Below are positions 17,173 through 27,064 of a stretch of 64,000 nt of DNA, piece by piece (within the stretch, counting starts at the first letter, position 1; every line of letters starts with the position of its first letter). Source of the DNA: Proteobacteria bacterium CAG:495 (GTDB lineage Bacteria; Pseudomonadota; Alphaproteobacteria; RF32; CAG-239); contig HF995316.1 in the NCBI GenBank assembly GCA_000432275.1, positions 27,676-91,675 of the forward strand, given 5' to 3'. The notes under the pieces were generated by a model, which made no database searches, was not told where the DNA came from, and saw only the letters and a list, made by a program, of their open reading frames with translations. A program made the position numbers and the translations under genes.

Positions 17173-19166
17173 TAAATGTCCAGATCGTCTACAAACTTGG
17201 CCCGCTCAATAATAAACTTGAAACGGGTTTCCGGATTCTTACCCATCAGGCGTTCAACCTGCCGCCGGGTTTCAAAGGCTTCTTCTTTGCCTTCTTCCGT
17301 ATCGGTGTTAGGAAGCATAACGCGCAACAACATCCGGTTTTTCTTGTCCATGGTCGTTTCTTTAAGCTGTTGAGCGCTCATTTCGCCCAACCCTTTAAAA
17401 CGGCTGATTTCCGGTTTTTGATTGCCTTTCACTACCTTTGCCAAAATCTTGTCTTTGTCATCGTCGTCCAGGGCATAGTAGTTTTTTCCGCCTATCGCTA
17501 TTTTGTATAACGGCGGTGTTGCGATATAAAGATGTCCGTTTTCAATCAGTTTGGGCATTTGCTGATAGAAAAAAGTCATCAGCAGGGAGGCGATGTGTGC
17601 ACCGTCCACGTCGGCATCGGTCATGATGATGATTTTTTCATAACGAAGATTGTCTTCGTTGTAATGCTCTTTGACACCGCAGCCCAAAGCTTCGCACATA
17701 TCTTTTATTTCCTGGTTTTGCAGGATTTTGTCAAGGCTGGCGCTGGCAACGTTCAAAATTTTGCCGCGCAGGGGAAGAATGGCCTGTGTAAAGCGGTCGC
17801 GGCCTTGTTTGGCGGAACCGCCGGCCGAGTCTCCTTCGACGATGAAAATTTCAGTATCGTGAGCCGCCGCCTGCGAACAGTCGGCCAGTTTTCCGGGGAG
17901 ACGGAGCCGTTTGGTTGGTGTTTTACGGTTTTGGACTTTCTCCTCTTTTTTCTTTTTACGTGCTTCAGCCCGCTCAATAACGTATTCCAGCAATGCGGTG
18001 GCATTTTCCACATCCGACGTCAGCCAGTGGTCAAATGAATCTTTGACGGCGGATTCCACCAGACGAATGGCTTTGTTGGATGTCAGTTTGTCTTTGGTCT
18101 GTCCCTGAAATTGCGGATCTCGGATAAAGACGGAAAGCATAATGCAGGCATCGCTTAAAAAGTCTTCGCCGGTAATGGCCGCCGCTTTTTTGATGTTGGC
18201 CATTTCCCCGTATTCTTTCAAACCGCGGATAAGGGCTGCTTTAAAACCGAGTTCGTGTGTTCCGCCTTGGGGAGTGACGACGGTATTGCAGTATGAATGG
18301 CAAAAGCCGTTTTCGTCTTCCGGCCAGGTAATTGCCCATTCAACCTTGCCTTCGTCGTTTGCCAGATTGGCATCGCCGGAAAAAGGCTTGCGGTTGATGG
18401 TTGTTCTGGCGCCTACCTGATAGTTTAAAAAGTCAAGTAATCCGTTGGGAAAACACAGCTCAGCTTCCTGCGGGGTGACGTCGCCTTCGCACAAGACTTC
18501 CGGAGCACATCTCCAATTGATGTGAATTCCTTTGAACAAAAACGCTTTTGAGCGAGCCATGCGATAAATTTTGTTAGGCAGCAAACAAGAATTTGCACCG
18601 AATATTTCCGGGTCCGGTTTGAATGTGACCGACGTTCCTCTGCGATTGGGGGCGTTTCCCACCAGTTCCAGCGGTCCCATCGGATAACCGCGGCTGTATT
18701 CCTGCCGATACAACTTTTTGTCACGGGCTATTTCTACACTGAGTTTTTCGGATAAGGCATTGACAACAGAAAGGCCGACGCCGTGCAAACCGCCGGAAAC
18801 CTTATATGCCCCGCCGCCGAACTTGCCGCCGGAGTGCAGCATCGTCATAATGACTTCCAAGGCTGATTTTCCGGGATATTTGGGGTGCGGATCCACAGGA
18901 ATACCGCGGCCGTTGTCGGTAATTGTCACCGAATAGTCGGCGTTCATCTGAACCTCAATCTTATTGGCATAGCCGGCAACAGCTTCATCCATCGAGTTGT
19001 CCAGTATTTCGGCAACCAAATGATGCAGGGCGGTTTCGTCCGTGCCCCCGATATACATGCCCGGGCGGTGGCGGACCGGTTCCAGCCCTTCCAAAACCTC
19101 AATGCTGGTTGCGCTGTAATCGTTGCTGGCGGTAGTTGTGTTGGGTGTTTCAAATAAATCCGACAT
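17172..19166 (-). CDS. parE: DNA topoisomerase IV subunit B
   Basis: GHKL ATPase motifs ([25 protein letters not shown]), Toprim EGDSAGG and PLRGKILNV. At 664 aa it lacks the insertion seen in the 814-aa gyrB paralogue at 34824. Confidence 0.85.
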   Translation of the reverse strand: MSDLFETPNTTTASNDYSATSIEVLEGLEPVRHRPGMYIGGTDETALHHLVAEILDNSMDEAVAGYANKIEVQMNADYSVTITDNGRGIPVDPHPKYPGKSALEVIMTMLHSGGKFGGGAYKVSGGLHGVGLSVVNALSEKLSVEIARDKKLYRQEYSRGYPMGPLELVGNAPNRRGTSVTFKPDPEIFGANSCLLPNKIYRMARSKAFLFKGIHINWRCAPEVLCEGDVTPQEAELCFPNGLLDFLNYQVGARTTINRKPFSGDANLANDEGKVEWAITWPEDENGFCHSYCNTVVTPQGGTHELGFKAALIRGLKEYGEMANIKKAAAITGEDFLSDACIMLSVFIRDPQFQGQTKDKLTSNKAIRLVESAVKDSFDHWLTSDVENATALLEYVIERAEARKKKKEEKVQNRKTPTKRLRLPGKLADCSQAAAHDTEIFIVEGDSAGGSAKQGRDRFTQAILPLRGKILNVASASLDKILQNQEIKDMCEALGCGVKEHYNEDNLRYEKIIIMTDADVDGAHIASLLMTFFYQQMPKLIENGHLYIATPPLYKIAIGGKNYYALDDDDKDKILAKVVKGNQKPEISRFKGLGEMSAQQLKETTMDKKNRMLLRVMLPNTDTEEGKEEAFETRRQVERLMGKNPETRFKFIIERAKFVDDLDI

Positions 19167-19631
19167 TTTTTCCTCAAATATATTCCAAATTTAGCGCTAA
19201 CATACAGTAATTAAGCGTTTTAGGCAAGTCCAAACCTCCAAGCGTGAACAAGATTTTTATTTGACGCGTTTTGCCCGCCCGTATGGATTGCCGCTTCTTT
19301 GATTATGGTCGTCGCTGCCAAACGGTTTGCGTCGGCGCTTTAATAATCGGATTTTTGCCGTTTTCTGTTGAGGACGGCGTATTTATGTTAAAAGGGCCTT
19401 GTTTTCCAGTCGTCTCCGCGGTGTTTTCGAGGCGCTTTTTTTTATCCGTTTTTTTGTAAAAAACACTTGCAAAATCATTAAATTAGCGTTAGAAAGAGTC
19501 CCGAAAGAGCCGCATGGTGCGGCTTTATAACTCACACGCAGGTATCTGGGGCTGCTTTTAAGCCTCACTCCGGTGTCTTAAAAGACCGTGAGCCTGCGGA
19601 GGATTAACCGGAAAATAAAGGAAATTTTAAT

Positions 19632-20432
19632 ATGGCACTTCCTACATTTACATTGCGTCAGATGATTGAAGCTGGCGTACACTTTGGTCACCACGCCCGT
19701 CGTTGGAACCCGAAGATGGCTCCTTACATTTATGGTAAGAAAGACAATATTCACATTATCGACCTTCAGAAAACTTATCCGATGCTGTATACGGCATTGG
19801 CCACCACGCGCGAAATTGCTGCCAACGGCGGTAAAGTTCTGTTTGTCGGCACCAAAAGACAGGCTCAGGATATCATTAAGGAAAACGCTGAAAGATGTGG
19901 TCAGTACTATGTCAATCACCGTTGGCTTGGTGGTATGCTCACTAACTGGAAAACCGTTTACAAATCAATTTCCCGTCTCGTTAAACTGAACGAAATGGCT
20001 GAGAAAAATGATTACGCCGGTTACACCAAAAAAGAAATGCAGAACCTGAAAAAAGAACAGGATAAGTTAAATCAGGAACTCGGCGGTATCATGAATATGG
20101 GCGGCCAGCCGGATTTGGTTTTCGTCATTGACACCTGCAAAGAATCTTTGGCAATCAAAGAAGCCAAAAAGCTGGGCATTCCCGTAATCGGTATCTGCGA
20201 TACCAATTCAAATCCTGAAGAAGTCGATCTCCCGGTTCCGGGTAACGATGACGCTATCCGTGCTATTCAGTTCTACTGCGAAATGATTTCTGCTGCCGTT
20301 CTCGACGGTATGCAGGCACAGATTGCTGCCCAAGGTGTTAAGGTAGAAGAAATGGTTGAGAACGCCGAAGAAGCTAAACCTGCAAAGAAAAGAGCTTCTA
20401 AAAAAGCTGCTGCCGAGGCTGCTGCTGAATAG
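19632..20432 (+). CDS. rpsB: 30S ribosomal protein S2
   Basis: MLEAGVHFGHHARRWNPKM... is canonical S2, followed by tsf. Confidence 0.95.
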   Translation: MALPTFTLRQMIEAGVHFGHHARRWNPKMAPYIYGKKDNIHIIDLQKTYPMLYTALATTREIAANGGKVLFVGTKRQAQDIIKENAERCGQYYVNHRWLGGMLTNWKTVYKSISRLVKLNEMAEKNDYAGYTKKEMQNLKKEQDKLNQELGGIMNMGGQPDLVFVIDTCKESLAIKEAKKLGIPVIGICDTNSNPEEVDLPVPGNDDAIRAIQFYCEMISAAVLDGMQAQIAAQGVKVEEMVENAEEAKPAKKRASKKAAAEAAAE

Positions 20433-20529
20433 TTCTAAACCGTTTTAGAAATATTATCAAAATCTCGCGGCGGTATTACCCTCAAACGGTAACTATCGCC
20501 GCATTTTAATCATAAAGAAGGATACAAAA

Positions 20530-21456
20530 ATGACAGATATTACAGCTGCTATGGTAAAAGAGCTGAGAGAAACAACAAGCGCCGGTATGCTTGATTGTAA
20601 AAAAGCTTTGGTTGAATGCAACGGCAATATGGATGAAGCCGTTGACTGGCTGCGCAAAAAAGGTTTAGCTTCAGCTGCTAAAAAAGCCAGCCGTATTGCT
20701 GCCGAAGGCTTGGTTGCTGTTGCCGTTGACGGTAACAAAGGTGCCGTTGTCGAGGTTAACTCCGAGACTGACTTCGTTGCTAAAAACGAAATTTTCCAGG
20801 AATATGTTACCGACGCTGCCATTGTTGCTCTGAGAAGCAACGGCGATGTCTGCGAAATGAAGAAATTTAATTGCCCGAAATGCGGCAAAACCTTTGAAGA
20901 GCGCCTGACCGACATGATTGCCAAGATTGGTGAAAATATGAATCTCCGTCGTGCGAAAATGATTGAAGTTAATGACGGTGTCGTCGCTTCTTACATTCAC
21001 AATGCTGCCGGAACCAACATTGGTAAAATCGGCGTATTGGTTGCTTTGGAATCTAAGGCTGACAAAGCGAAATTGGCTGAACTCGGCAAGCATATCGCAA
21101 TGCACGTTGCCGCTTCCAATCCTTTGTTCCTGAACGTTGCTGCCGTTGATCCGGCTGCCGTTGAACATGAAAAGGCAATTTATTCTGAACAGGCCAAAGC
21201 TTCCGGCAAACCGGAAAATATCATCGAAAAGATGGTTGAAGGCCGCGTACGCAAATATTATGATGAAGTCGTTCTGGAAGAACAGGCTTATATCATGGAT
21301 CCTGACAAAAAGGTTAAACAAGTTGTTGCCGACACGGCCAAAGAACTTGGGGCAGATATCAAAATTGCTGATTTTGCCTGCTTTAAGCTTGGTGAAGGTT
21401 TGCAGAAGAAAGAAGAAGATTTTGCTGCTGAAGTCGCTTCTCAGCTCAACAAGTAA
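20530..21456 (+). CDS. tsf: Elongation factor Ts
   Basis: N-terminal UBA-like ITAAMVKELRETTSAGMLDCKKAL and the rest of the EF-Ts sequence. Confidence 0.95.
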   Translation: MTDITAAMVKELRETTSAGMLDCKKALVECNGNMDEAVDWLRKKGLASAAKKASRIAAEGLVAVAVDGNKGAVVEVNSETDFVAKNEIFQEYVTDAAIVALRSNGDVCEMKKFNCPKCGKTFEERLTDMIAKIGENMNLRRAKMIEVNDGVVASYIHNAAGTNIGKIGVLVALESKADKAKLAELGKHIAMHVAASNPLFLNVAAVDPAAVEHEKAIYSEQAKASGKPENIIEKMVEGRVRKYYDEVVLEEQAYIMDPDKKVKQVVADTAKELGADIKIADFACFKLGEGLQKKEEDFAAEVASQLNK

Positions 21457-21470
21457 TTCGATGCAAAAGC

Positions 21471-21500
21471 AAAAAGCCCCTCGCAGGAGGGGCTTTTTTA
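21471..21500. terminator. Bidirectional intrinsic terminator (tsf and the convergent 160-aa ORF)
   Basis: aaaaaGCCCCTCgcagGAGGGGCtttttt: perfect 8-bp GC stem with A and T runs on either side. Confidence 0.8.
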
Positions 21501-21512
21501 TTGCTTAAAGCT

Positions 21513-21995
21513 TCATTGTACCCTGAAACTTTCTTCCGGCATCCATTCTCCCGGACTGGGCATAACGATTGTTTTTTTGAAACAGGCTGCCATATAAGGG
21601 CCTTTTTGCACAACCGCCTCAAAGGAGAAAGATTTTGGATAATAAACCTCATGGTTAATTACCCGTTGCTGATAAATAACATCCCGGATGACTCTTTTAT
21701 GGATGTCGTCAAAATGAAAATAATAAGCTTCATCGTCTCTGATTTCTTCATCCTGACATTCCATAATCAGATAGGCTTTGCGCCGAATAATTTGAAAAAC
21801 GATATGATGGCCTTTAAGATAGTAATAAATGTAATTTTTACTTTCGTATCTTGCCGGCAAAGTTCTGACAATTTTTGAATTGTCCTTAATTTTGTACTCT
21901 AGCGCCACTCCTTTGATAAAGATAATTTCGTGTCGTTCATCAAGCAGCTTAAAAATTTCTTCGGGCCGGTCGCCCCTGTGGTTTCGTATTCTCAT
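21513..21995 (-). CDS. Hypothetical protein (160 aa, Y/I/R-rich, no recognised domain)
   Basis: Long ORF bounded by the shared terminator, with a TTGACG-N17-TATTTT element upstream. No obvious SD and no motif I recognise. Confidence 0.45.
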   Translation of the reverse strand: MRIRNHRGDRPEEIFKLLDERHEIIFIKGVALEYKIKDNSKIVRTLPARYESKNYIYYYLKGHHIVFQIIRRKAYLIMECQDEEIRDDEAYYFHFDDIHKRVIRDVIYQQRVINHEVYYPKSFSFEAVVQKGPYMAACFKKTIVMPSPGEWMPEESFRVQ

Positions 21996-22073
21996 AACAC
22001 ATAATTATTTAATTAAACATATTTTCAGATAAGTTGAAAATACCCTCGGAGAGCCGCCTCGTCAAGTCTCATT

Positions 22074-22634
22074 TTAACGTTCCAAACTGCGCTGCCGGGC
22101 ATATTCTTCCAAAACCCGTTCGCGTTTTTTCTGCAGTTCGTATTCTTTTTGACGTTGTTCCCTTTCCCGGGCTTCTTCGGGAGTCTCGCGATGATTGACA
22201 AAGGCATCGCGCAGACTCAAAAGCTTGTTCAAAACTTGTCTTTGCGATAGTCCGTCGATGTTCATCTTAATGTTGGCAATGATGTTTGAGGGCGTTAAAA
22301 TGCTTTGCAGCGTTTGCAAATCCAGCATTTCCTTATTTGCGACGATTCTGTTTAACTCAACGTCCAGAGCCTCCTCAAACGTCTCGTCGTCATCATCGTC
22401 TTCGGCTTTTTTTATAATTTGAATCAGAAATTTTTTGAATAGCTTGTTGACCAGTTTGATAAAGTTGCGGTTGGTAACGGTTTCATTGCCCGATGCATTC
22501 ATCAGTGCAAAAAGCAACAGGTTTTTTAAGTATTTTTTTTGTACGCCGGCCAAAGGAATGTTGCTCGAAATACCCTGTCGGGCAGCCCGTAAAACCTGTT
22601 CCCTTTCCTTTGAAAATTTTTCTTCCGTCATCAT
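22074..22634 (-). CDS. Hypothetical helical protein (186 aa, acidic DDDDDE patch, basic coiled-coil tail)
   Basis: ORF with SD AGGAAGG and its own strong promoter. No recognised domain. Confidence 0.5.
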   Translation of the reverse strand: MMTEEKFSKEREQVLRAARQGISSNIPLAGVQKKYLKNLLLFALMNASGNETVTNRNFIKLVNKLFKKFLIQIIKKAEDDDDDETFEEALDVELNRIVANKEMLDLQTLQSILTPSNIIANIKMNIDGLSQRQVLNKLLSLRDAFVNHRETPEEAREREQRQKEYELQKKRERVLEEYARQRSLER

Positions 22635-22657
22635 AACCTTCCTGCCGCAATGTTATG

Positions 22658-22686
22658 ATAATAGCAAAAAAAGCCCTTTTATGCAA
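22658..22686 (-). promoter_or_regulatory. Sigma70-type promoter for the 186-aa ORF
   Basis: Minus strand TTGCAT-N17-TATTAT in the 72-nt gap after the rppH stop. Confidence 0.5.
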
Positions 22687-22706
22687 TAACGCAATTAGAC
22701 AGGGTG

Positions 22707-23273
22707 TTATCTCTCGCGGTATCTGCTGTAAATGCGGATATCTTCCATTTTATGCTGCAAGATCATTTCCTTGCTTAAGGACCAGTTTTTGCCGTTTTTC
22801 TTGCGTATATAAGGCTGAAATGCCTTTGCCACCTTTTGATATACGTCCTTTTTGAAAGGTACTATCCGTTGCGGCGCTTCACTGATGTCAACCCATTCAT
22901 ATGCCTTGAACTCTATTTCTTCAGGATGGGTGGCAAAATCAATTTCTGAATCTTCGCCGTAAAAATAAAACAAAACCCAGTACTGCTCTTGCCCGATATT
23001 GTTTCTGCCGAGTTTTTTGAAATTTTCCAGTATCTCTGTCGGAAAGTCGTATCTCAGCGGTTTGTTAAGCTGAGCGACGAGCTCAACCGAAGTTATGCCG
23101 GTTTCCTCTTTGAGCTCGCGATAAGCCGCTTCCAGAGGCGTTTCTCCGTTGTCAATACCGCCTTGGGGAAATTGCCACGCAAATCCGGGTTTGTCTGCTC
23201 TGGCACACATCAATACTTTTTGGTCTTTGTTAAAAACCGCAATTCCGACGTTTTTACGGTAAACTCCCGCCAT
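22707..23273 (-). CDS. rppH: RNA pyrophosphohydrolase RppH (Nudix)
   Basis: Nudix box GGIDNGETPLEAAYRELKEETG and the WQFPQGG motif typical of RppH/NudH. Confidence 0.85.
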   Translation of the reverse strand: MAGVYRKNVGIAVFNKDQKVLMCARADKPGFAWQFPQGGIDNGETPLEAAYRELKEETGITSVELVAQLNKPLRYDFPTEILENFKKLGRNNIGQEQYWVLFYFYGEDSEIDFATHPEEIEFKAYEWVDISEAPQRIVPFKKDVYQKVAKAFQPYIRKKNGKNWSLSKEMILQHKMEDIRIYSRYRER

Positions 23274-23274
23274 C

Positions 23275-24477
23275 TTATTCCACCACCAGATTAGAAACCG
23301 GAACCAAAGCCAGAGGTTTCTCTATTTTGGTGTTTTTGGATTCTTTATAATCAACTTGGGGCGAAAAAGTCTTAATCCAGTCGTTTACCGCTGTCAAAAT
23401 AACCGGTTTCGATTCTACCACGATTAAAACCTGCCCTTTTTCCAAAGCCATATTTTCCGCCATTTTTAAAACCTGATTAATCAGTTTCTTGTCCAACAGG
23501 TCTTCAATGACAAAATTTGCTTTTTTTCTGGCCAGGCCCGGAACGCTGATGTTTTCCAAACCGTTGCCGCTGGTAGCGTCAATCATGAGCAGCCCGCGGG
23601 TTTTCAATTCTTCCATCAGTTTTTGCAGAATTTCGCTGTTGCTTTCGTCTGCAACGCCGTCATTGACAACCACCCCGCCGATGGGAGCTCCGACGTTTAG
23701 CGACTTTTTCAGGCGGTTTATGCTTTCATCGCTGCTGATCGTCAAGCTCATTGACATCGGTCCGCTGTCGGATTTCAAAAAGTCTTTGGAAGCAAGCAGC
23801 ATGTCAACATAGGTTTCATGTCCCTGTTGTCTGACCGGAATAATTTTCTTGTCGCTGTTTTGGGCATAAGGGCTGAATGAAAAACTGACCTCCGAGGCGA
23901 AACCTTTGTTAATCATATCCAAAGCGCCTTCGTCAAAACCAAGGCCTTTAACGACGATAGCCACGCGTTTGAAATTAGGTTTGACTTTGACGCTTTTTCC
24001 ATATTGTATCCATGGCTTTTTTCCGTTGTCGGAGATTTTGGGCAGACGGTCGTCTCCGTTGATTTCCGTAAGCTTTTCATTTAAATTGACATGGCGCAGG
24101 GATTGCGTCGGGTCTTTGCTGCCCAGTTTGCTGACGCTCGGCACCGTCGCCAAAACGTCGTCCATCGTCAGTTCTTTCTTTTTTTCCTTTGCCGGTTTGG
24201 GTCTGCTTTCCGGAACTTTGTCTATTTCGATTTTAGGTTCTTCCACTTCCGGTTTTTTTTCGACGACTTCGTTTTTCTTTCCCGGCTGGTAATCGGGAAG
24301 CGTCAAAATAAATTTCGGCGCTTTGTTTTCATCGTCAAACATCAGCTTGTCAATTTTTGATAAATAAACCGGCTCGCTTTTTTTATCTGCAAACAGATAC
24401 CCGATTCCGACCAACACCAGCAATGTCAGAAAAACGGCACCGATTAATTTTTTGTATTGATTAAGCTTTTCTATCAA
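23275..24477 (-). CDS. Divergent polysaccharide deacetylase (YibQ-like) family protein with N-terminal TM helix and K/E/P-rich linker
   Basis: C-terminal 250 aa (VAIVVKGLG...SFSPY...) resemble YibQ. The gpmI-envC-ctpA-yibQ synteny parallels E. coli gpmM-envC-yibQ. Confidence 0.7.
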   Translation of the reverse strand: MIEKLNQYKKLIGAVFLTLLVLVGIGYLFADKKSEPVYLSKIDKLMFDDENKAPKFILTLPDYQPGKKNEVVEKKPEVEEPKIEIDKVPESRPKPAKEKKKELTMDDVLATVPSVSKLGSKDPTQSLRHVNLNEKLTEINGDDRLPKISDNGKKPWIQYGKSVKVKPNFKRVAIVVKGLGFDEGALDMINKGFASEVSFSFSPYAQNSDKKIIPVRQQGHETYVDMLLASKDFLKSDSGPMSMSLTISSDESINRLKKSLNVGAPIGGVVVNDGVADESNSEILQKLMEELKTRGLLMIDATSGNGLENISVPGLARKKANFVIEDLLDKKLINQVLKMAENMALEKGQVLIVVESKPVILTAVNDWIKTFSPQVDYKESKNTKIEKPLALVPVSNLVVE

Positions 24478-24486
24478 GGTTGTCTC

Positions 24487-25773
24487 CTATTTGCCCTGCG
24501 TATAAATGCCCAGAGCCTTTACCAAATCAACCGCGCGGGACAATTGGTAGTCCTTTCTCCAGTCCTCGTCCTTGGTATTGTTTTCGGTCTTTTTGTCTTC
24601 TCCGGTTGCTTCGTTTTTAAGAGCGTTGCGATACTCTGCCTCGCTGAGGCCGTAATTGTTAATGTACTCCTCCACTTTTGCCGGATGAACTTCTACGTCG
24701 GGAATGATTCCGGTTGCCTGGATAGAACGTCCCGAGGGGGTGTAATAGCGGGCGGTGGTTAAACGCATAGCGCCGTATTTCCCGAGCGGAACAACCGTTT
24801 GAACCGAACCTTTTCCAAATGATTTTTCACCCAGAATAATGGCTCTTTTATGGTCTTGCAATGCTCCGGCCAAAATTTCGGAAGCGCTGGCCGAACCGTC
24901 GTTAATCATCACGACAATCGGCAGCCCGTCGGTAATGTCGCCTTCTTTGGCCGTATAGCGGACGGTGTCCTCTTCGTTGCGTGAACGGGTTGAAACGATT
25001 TCTCCTTTGTCAAGAAAAAGGTCCGAAATGTTGACTGCTTGGTCCAGCAGGCCGCCGGGATTGTTTCTGACATCCAGTACGACGCCTTTAATGTTGCCCT
25101 TAAGCTCTTTTTTAGCCTGTTTGATGGCTTTCTCAACCATTTTGTCGGTGTCTCCGCTGAAAGAAGTAATCCGGATATAAGCGACGTCGCCGCTTTTAAT
25201 GTCGTTTTTGACCGACTGGATTTTGACTTCTTCCCGTTTAAGCGTAACTTCAAACGGTTTCTCTCCGACCCTGCGGATTGTCAGCTTTACTTTTGAACCG
25301 ACCTTGCCGCGCATTTTGTCGACGGCATCGTTGAGGCTCATGCCGATAACCTGTTCTCCGTCTATGTTGGTAATATAGTCGCCCGGTTTTAATCCTGCTT
25401 TGGCAGCCGGAGTGTCGTCAATCGGTGAAACGATTTTAACCACGCCGTTTTCCATGGTTACTTCGATTCCCAAACCGCCGAATTTGCCTTTGGTCTGCTC
25501 GTTCATATATTTGTAGCTTTGGGCGTCCAGATAACTGGAGTGCGGATCAAGGGAAACCAGCATACCGTTGATGGCCGATTCAATCAGTTTTTTATCGTCT
25601 ACCTCTTCAACATAAGATGTCTTAGCCCTTTCCATAACTTCGCCGAACAGGTTAAGCAGTTCATAGGTGTCTGCCTCTTCGGCAGATTTGGCAGCCTTTT
25701 CGGCACAGGCGTTTGACATTCCGAGCATAAGGCTCAGGGCGATAACGGCTAAAACTGATAATTTTTTTGACAT
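24487..25773 (-). CDS. ctpA: Carboxy-terminal processing protease (S41 family)
   Basis: Signal peptide, PDZ region (GDYITNIDG) and S41 catalytic region (GSASASEILAGALQD, KSFGKGSVQ). Confidence 0.9.
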   Translation of the reverse strand: MSKKLSVLAVIALSLMLGMSNACAEKAAKSAEEADTYELLNLFGEVMERAKTSYVEEVDDKKLIESAINGMLVSLDPHSSYLDAQSYKYMNEQTKGKFGGLGIEVTMENGVVKIVSPIDDTPAAKAGLKPGDYITNIDGEQVIGMSLNDAVDKMRGKVGSKVKLTIRRVGEKPFEVTLKREEVKIQSVKNDIKSGDVAYIRITSFSGDTDKMVEKAIKQAKKELKGNIKGVVLDVRNNPGGLLDQAVNISDLFLDKGEIVSTRSRNEEDTVRYTAKEGDITDGLPIVVMINDGSASASEILAGALQDHKRAIILGEKSFGKGSVQTVVPLGKYGAMRLTTARYYTPSGRSIQATGIIPDVEVHPAKVEEYINNYGLSEAEYRNALKNEATGEDKKTENNTKDEDWRKDYQLSRAVDLVKALGIYTQGK

Positions 25774-25795
25774 CTTTTCTCTTCCTTTGTTTTTT

Positions 25796-27052
25796 CTAAA
25801 GCCTCATCCAGGCCATCGGGTCAATCGGTTGATTGTTCTTTCTGAGTTCCACATATAATTTGGCGTCGCCGTCGTCCGGCATTTGCCCTACCGGCTCGCC
25901 GGCCAGCAGCATTTGTCCGAGATCGACGTCTATGTTTTTCAGCCCGGCCAGCAGCGTCAGATATCCCTCGCCGTGCTCAATGATAATCAGGTTTCCGTAA
26001 CCGCGGAACGGTCCTGAAAAGATGACGGTTCCGTCAAATGGCGAAATGACTTGAGCCTGATCCCGCGTTTTAATAATAATGCCTTTGGAAGAAACCCCTT
26101 TGACCTTTTGCTCGCCGTATGCGGTAACTATTTGTCCGCGGGCCGGCAGAGGCAGCTTCCCTTTTGCCTTAATAAAACTTCCGCCTGTTTCATTTATAAA
26201 CGCCGGTTGGGATTTAATCAAGTCAGCAGTTTGTTTTTCTTCACGATTTTTTGCTTCCAGCCGTTTTTGTTCTTCGGCTTTCTGTTGGGCAATTCGTCTT
26301 TTTTCTTCTTCCTTGCGCAGTTTTTCTTGTCGCTGTGCTTCCAGTTTTCCCAGCAAATCCCGCAAATCCTGTGCCTGGCTCGCCAGCTTGTCCATATTGC
26401 GTTTGGCGCGTTCGCTTTTTATCTCCACCGCATTGCGGATTTTTGACTTTCGCTGAACCAGCAGTTTCATTCTTTCGTGTTCTTTTTCCAAAACCTGTTT
26501 TTGTTTGGATATCTGCTGGAACTGTTTTTCAACCAGATTTTTTTTACGGGCAATCGCGTCAAGTTCTTTGCGGATTCTCTCTGCATTTTCTTCCAGATAA
26601 GGCACCGTTTCGCGCAGCAGCATGGCACTGCGGATAATTTCTACCGGGGTCAGCGGTTGGACAAACAGGGCTTCGGTGGGTTTTAATGCCAGATTTTGCA
26701 GGGCTGACAGCGTTTTTATCAGGTTGTCGTCTTCTTCGGTAAAACCTTCTTCGGCGGTTTTTAAGTCCGCTTTCAGCTTTTCAAGCTGGGTTTCCATCCG
26801 CGACAGTTTTTCCTCATTGTTCTGAATTAACTTCGCGGCTTTAATCATCTCTTGGCTGACGCTGGTAAGTTCAAGATTGATTTGAGTGGCCTGAGCCTGT
26901 AATTTACGATGTTCAATGCTTTGCTTTTCAACCTGTTCTTCCATTTTTGCCAGTTCTGATTTTGAAACGGAAACCGCCCATGCCTCGCCGGACGTTGCCG
27001 CCGCAAGGGCAACGCTCATCCAGCAAAGGTAATGGACGGTTGAAAGTTTCAT
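25796..27052 (-). CDS. EnvC-like murein hydrolase activator (coiled coil plus M23/LytM domain)
   Basis: Signal peptide, about 250 aa of heptad-rich coiled coil, and a C-terminal LytM-type domain (GYGNLIIIEHGEGYLTLLAGL). Confidence 0.8.
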   Translation of the reverse strand: MKLSTVHYLCWMSVALAAATSGEAWAVSVSKSELAKMEEQVEKQSIEHRKLQAQATQINLELTSVSQEMIKAAKLIQNNEEKLSRMETQLEKLKADLKTAEEGFTEEDDNLIKTLSALQNLALKPTEALFVQPLTPVEIIRSAMLLRETVPYLEENAERIRKELDAIARKKNLVEKQFQQISKQKQVLEKEHERMKLLVQRKSKIRNAVEIKSERAKRNMDKLASQAQDLRDLLGKLEAQRQEKLRKEEEKRRIAQQKAEEQKRLEAKNREEKQTADLIKSQPAFINETGGSFIKAKGKLPLPARGQIVTAYGEQKVKGVSSKGIIIKTRDQAQVISPFDGTVIFSGPFRGYGNLIIIEHGEGYLTLLAGLKNIDVDLGQMLLAGEPVGQMPDDGDAKLYVELRKNNQPIDPMAWMRL

Positions 27053-27064
27053 GCGTTCTCCGGC

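Noticed and set aside
19271-19459. 62-aa ORF in the parE-rpsB spacer.
   Set aside because: It has a TTG start with no SD, and an internal ATG also without an SD. The hydrophobic, low-information translation runs through a terminator-like hairpin.
24180-24300. Short periodic low-complexity DNA that could be mistaken for repeat arrays (24180-24300, 26200-26460, 60150-60500).
   Set aside because: All of it lies inside long ORFs and encodes K/E/P-rich linkers or coiled coils (yibQ-like, envC-like and the TPR protein). There is no repeat-spacer architecture, so these are not CRISPR arrays.
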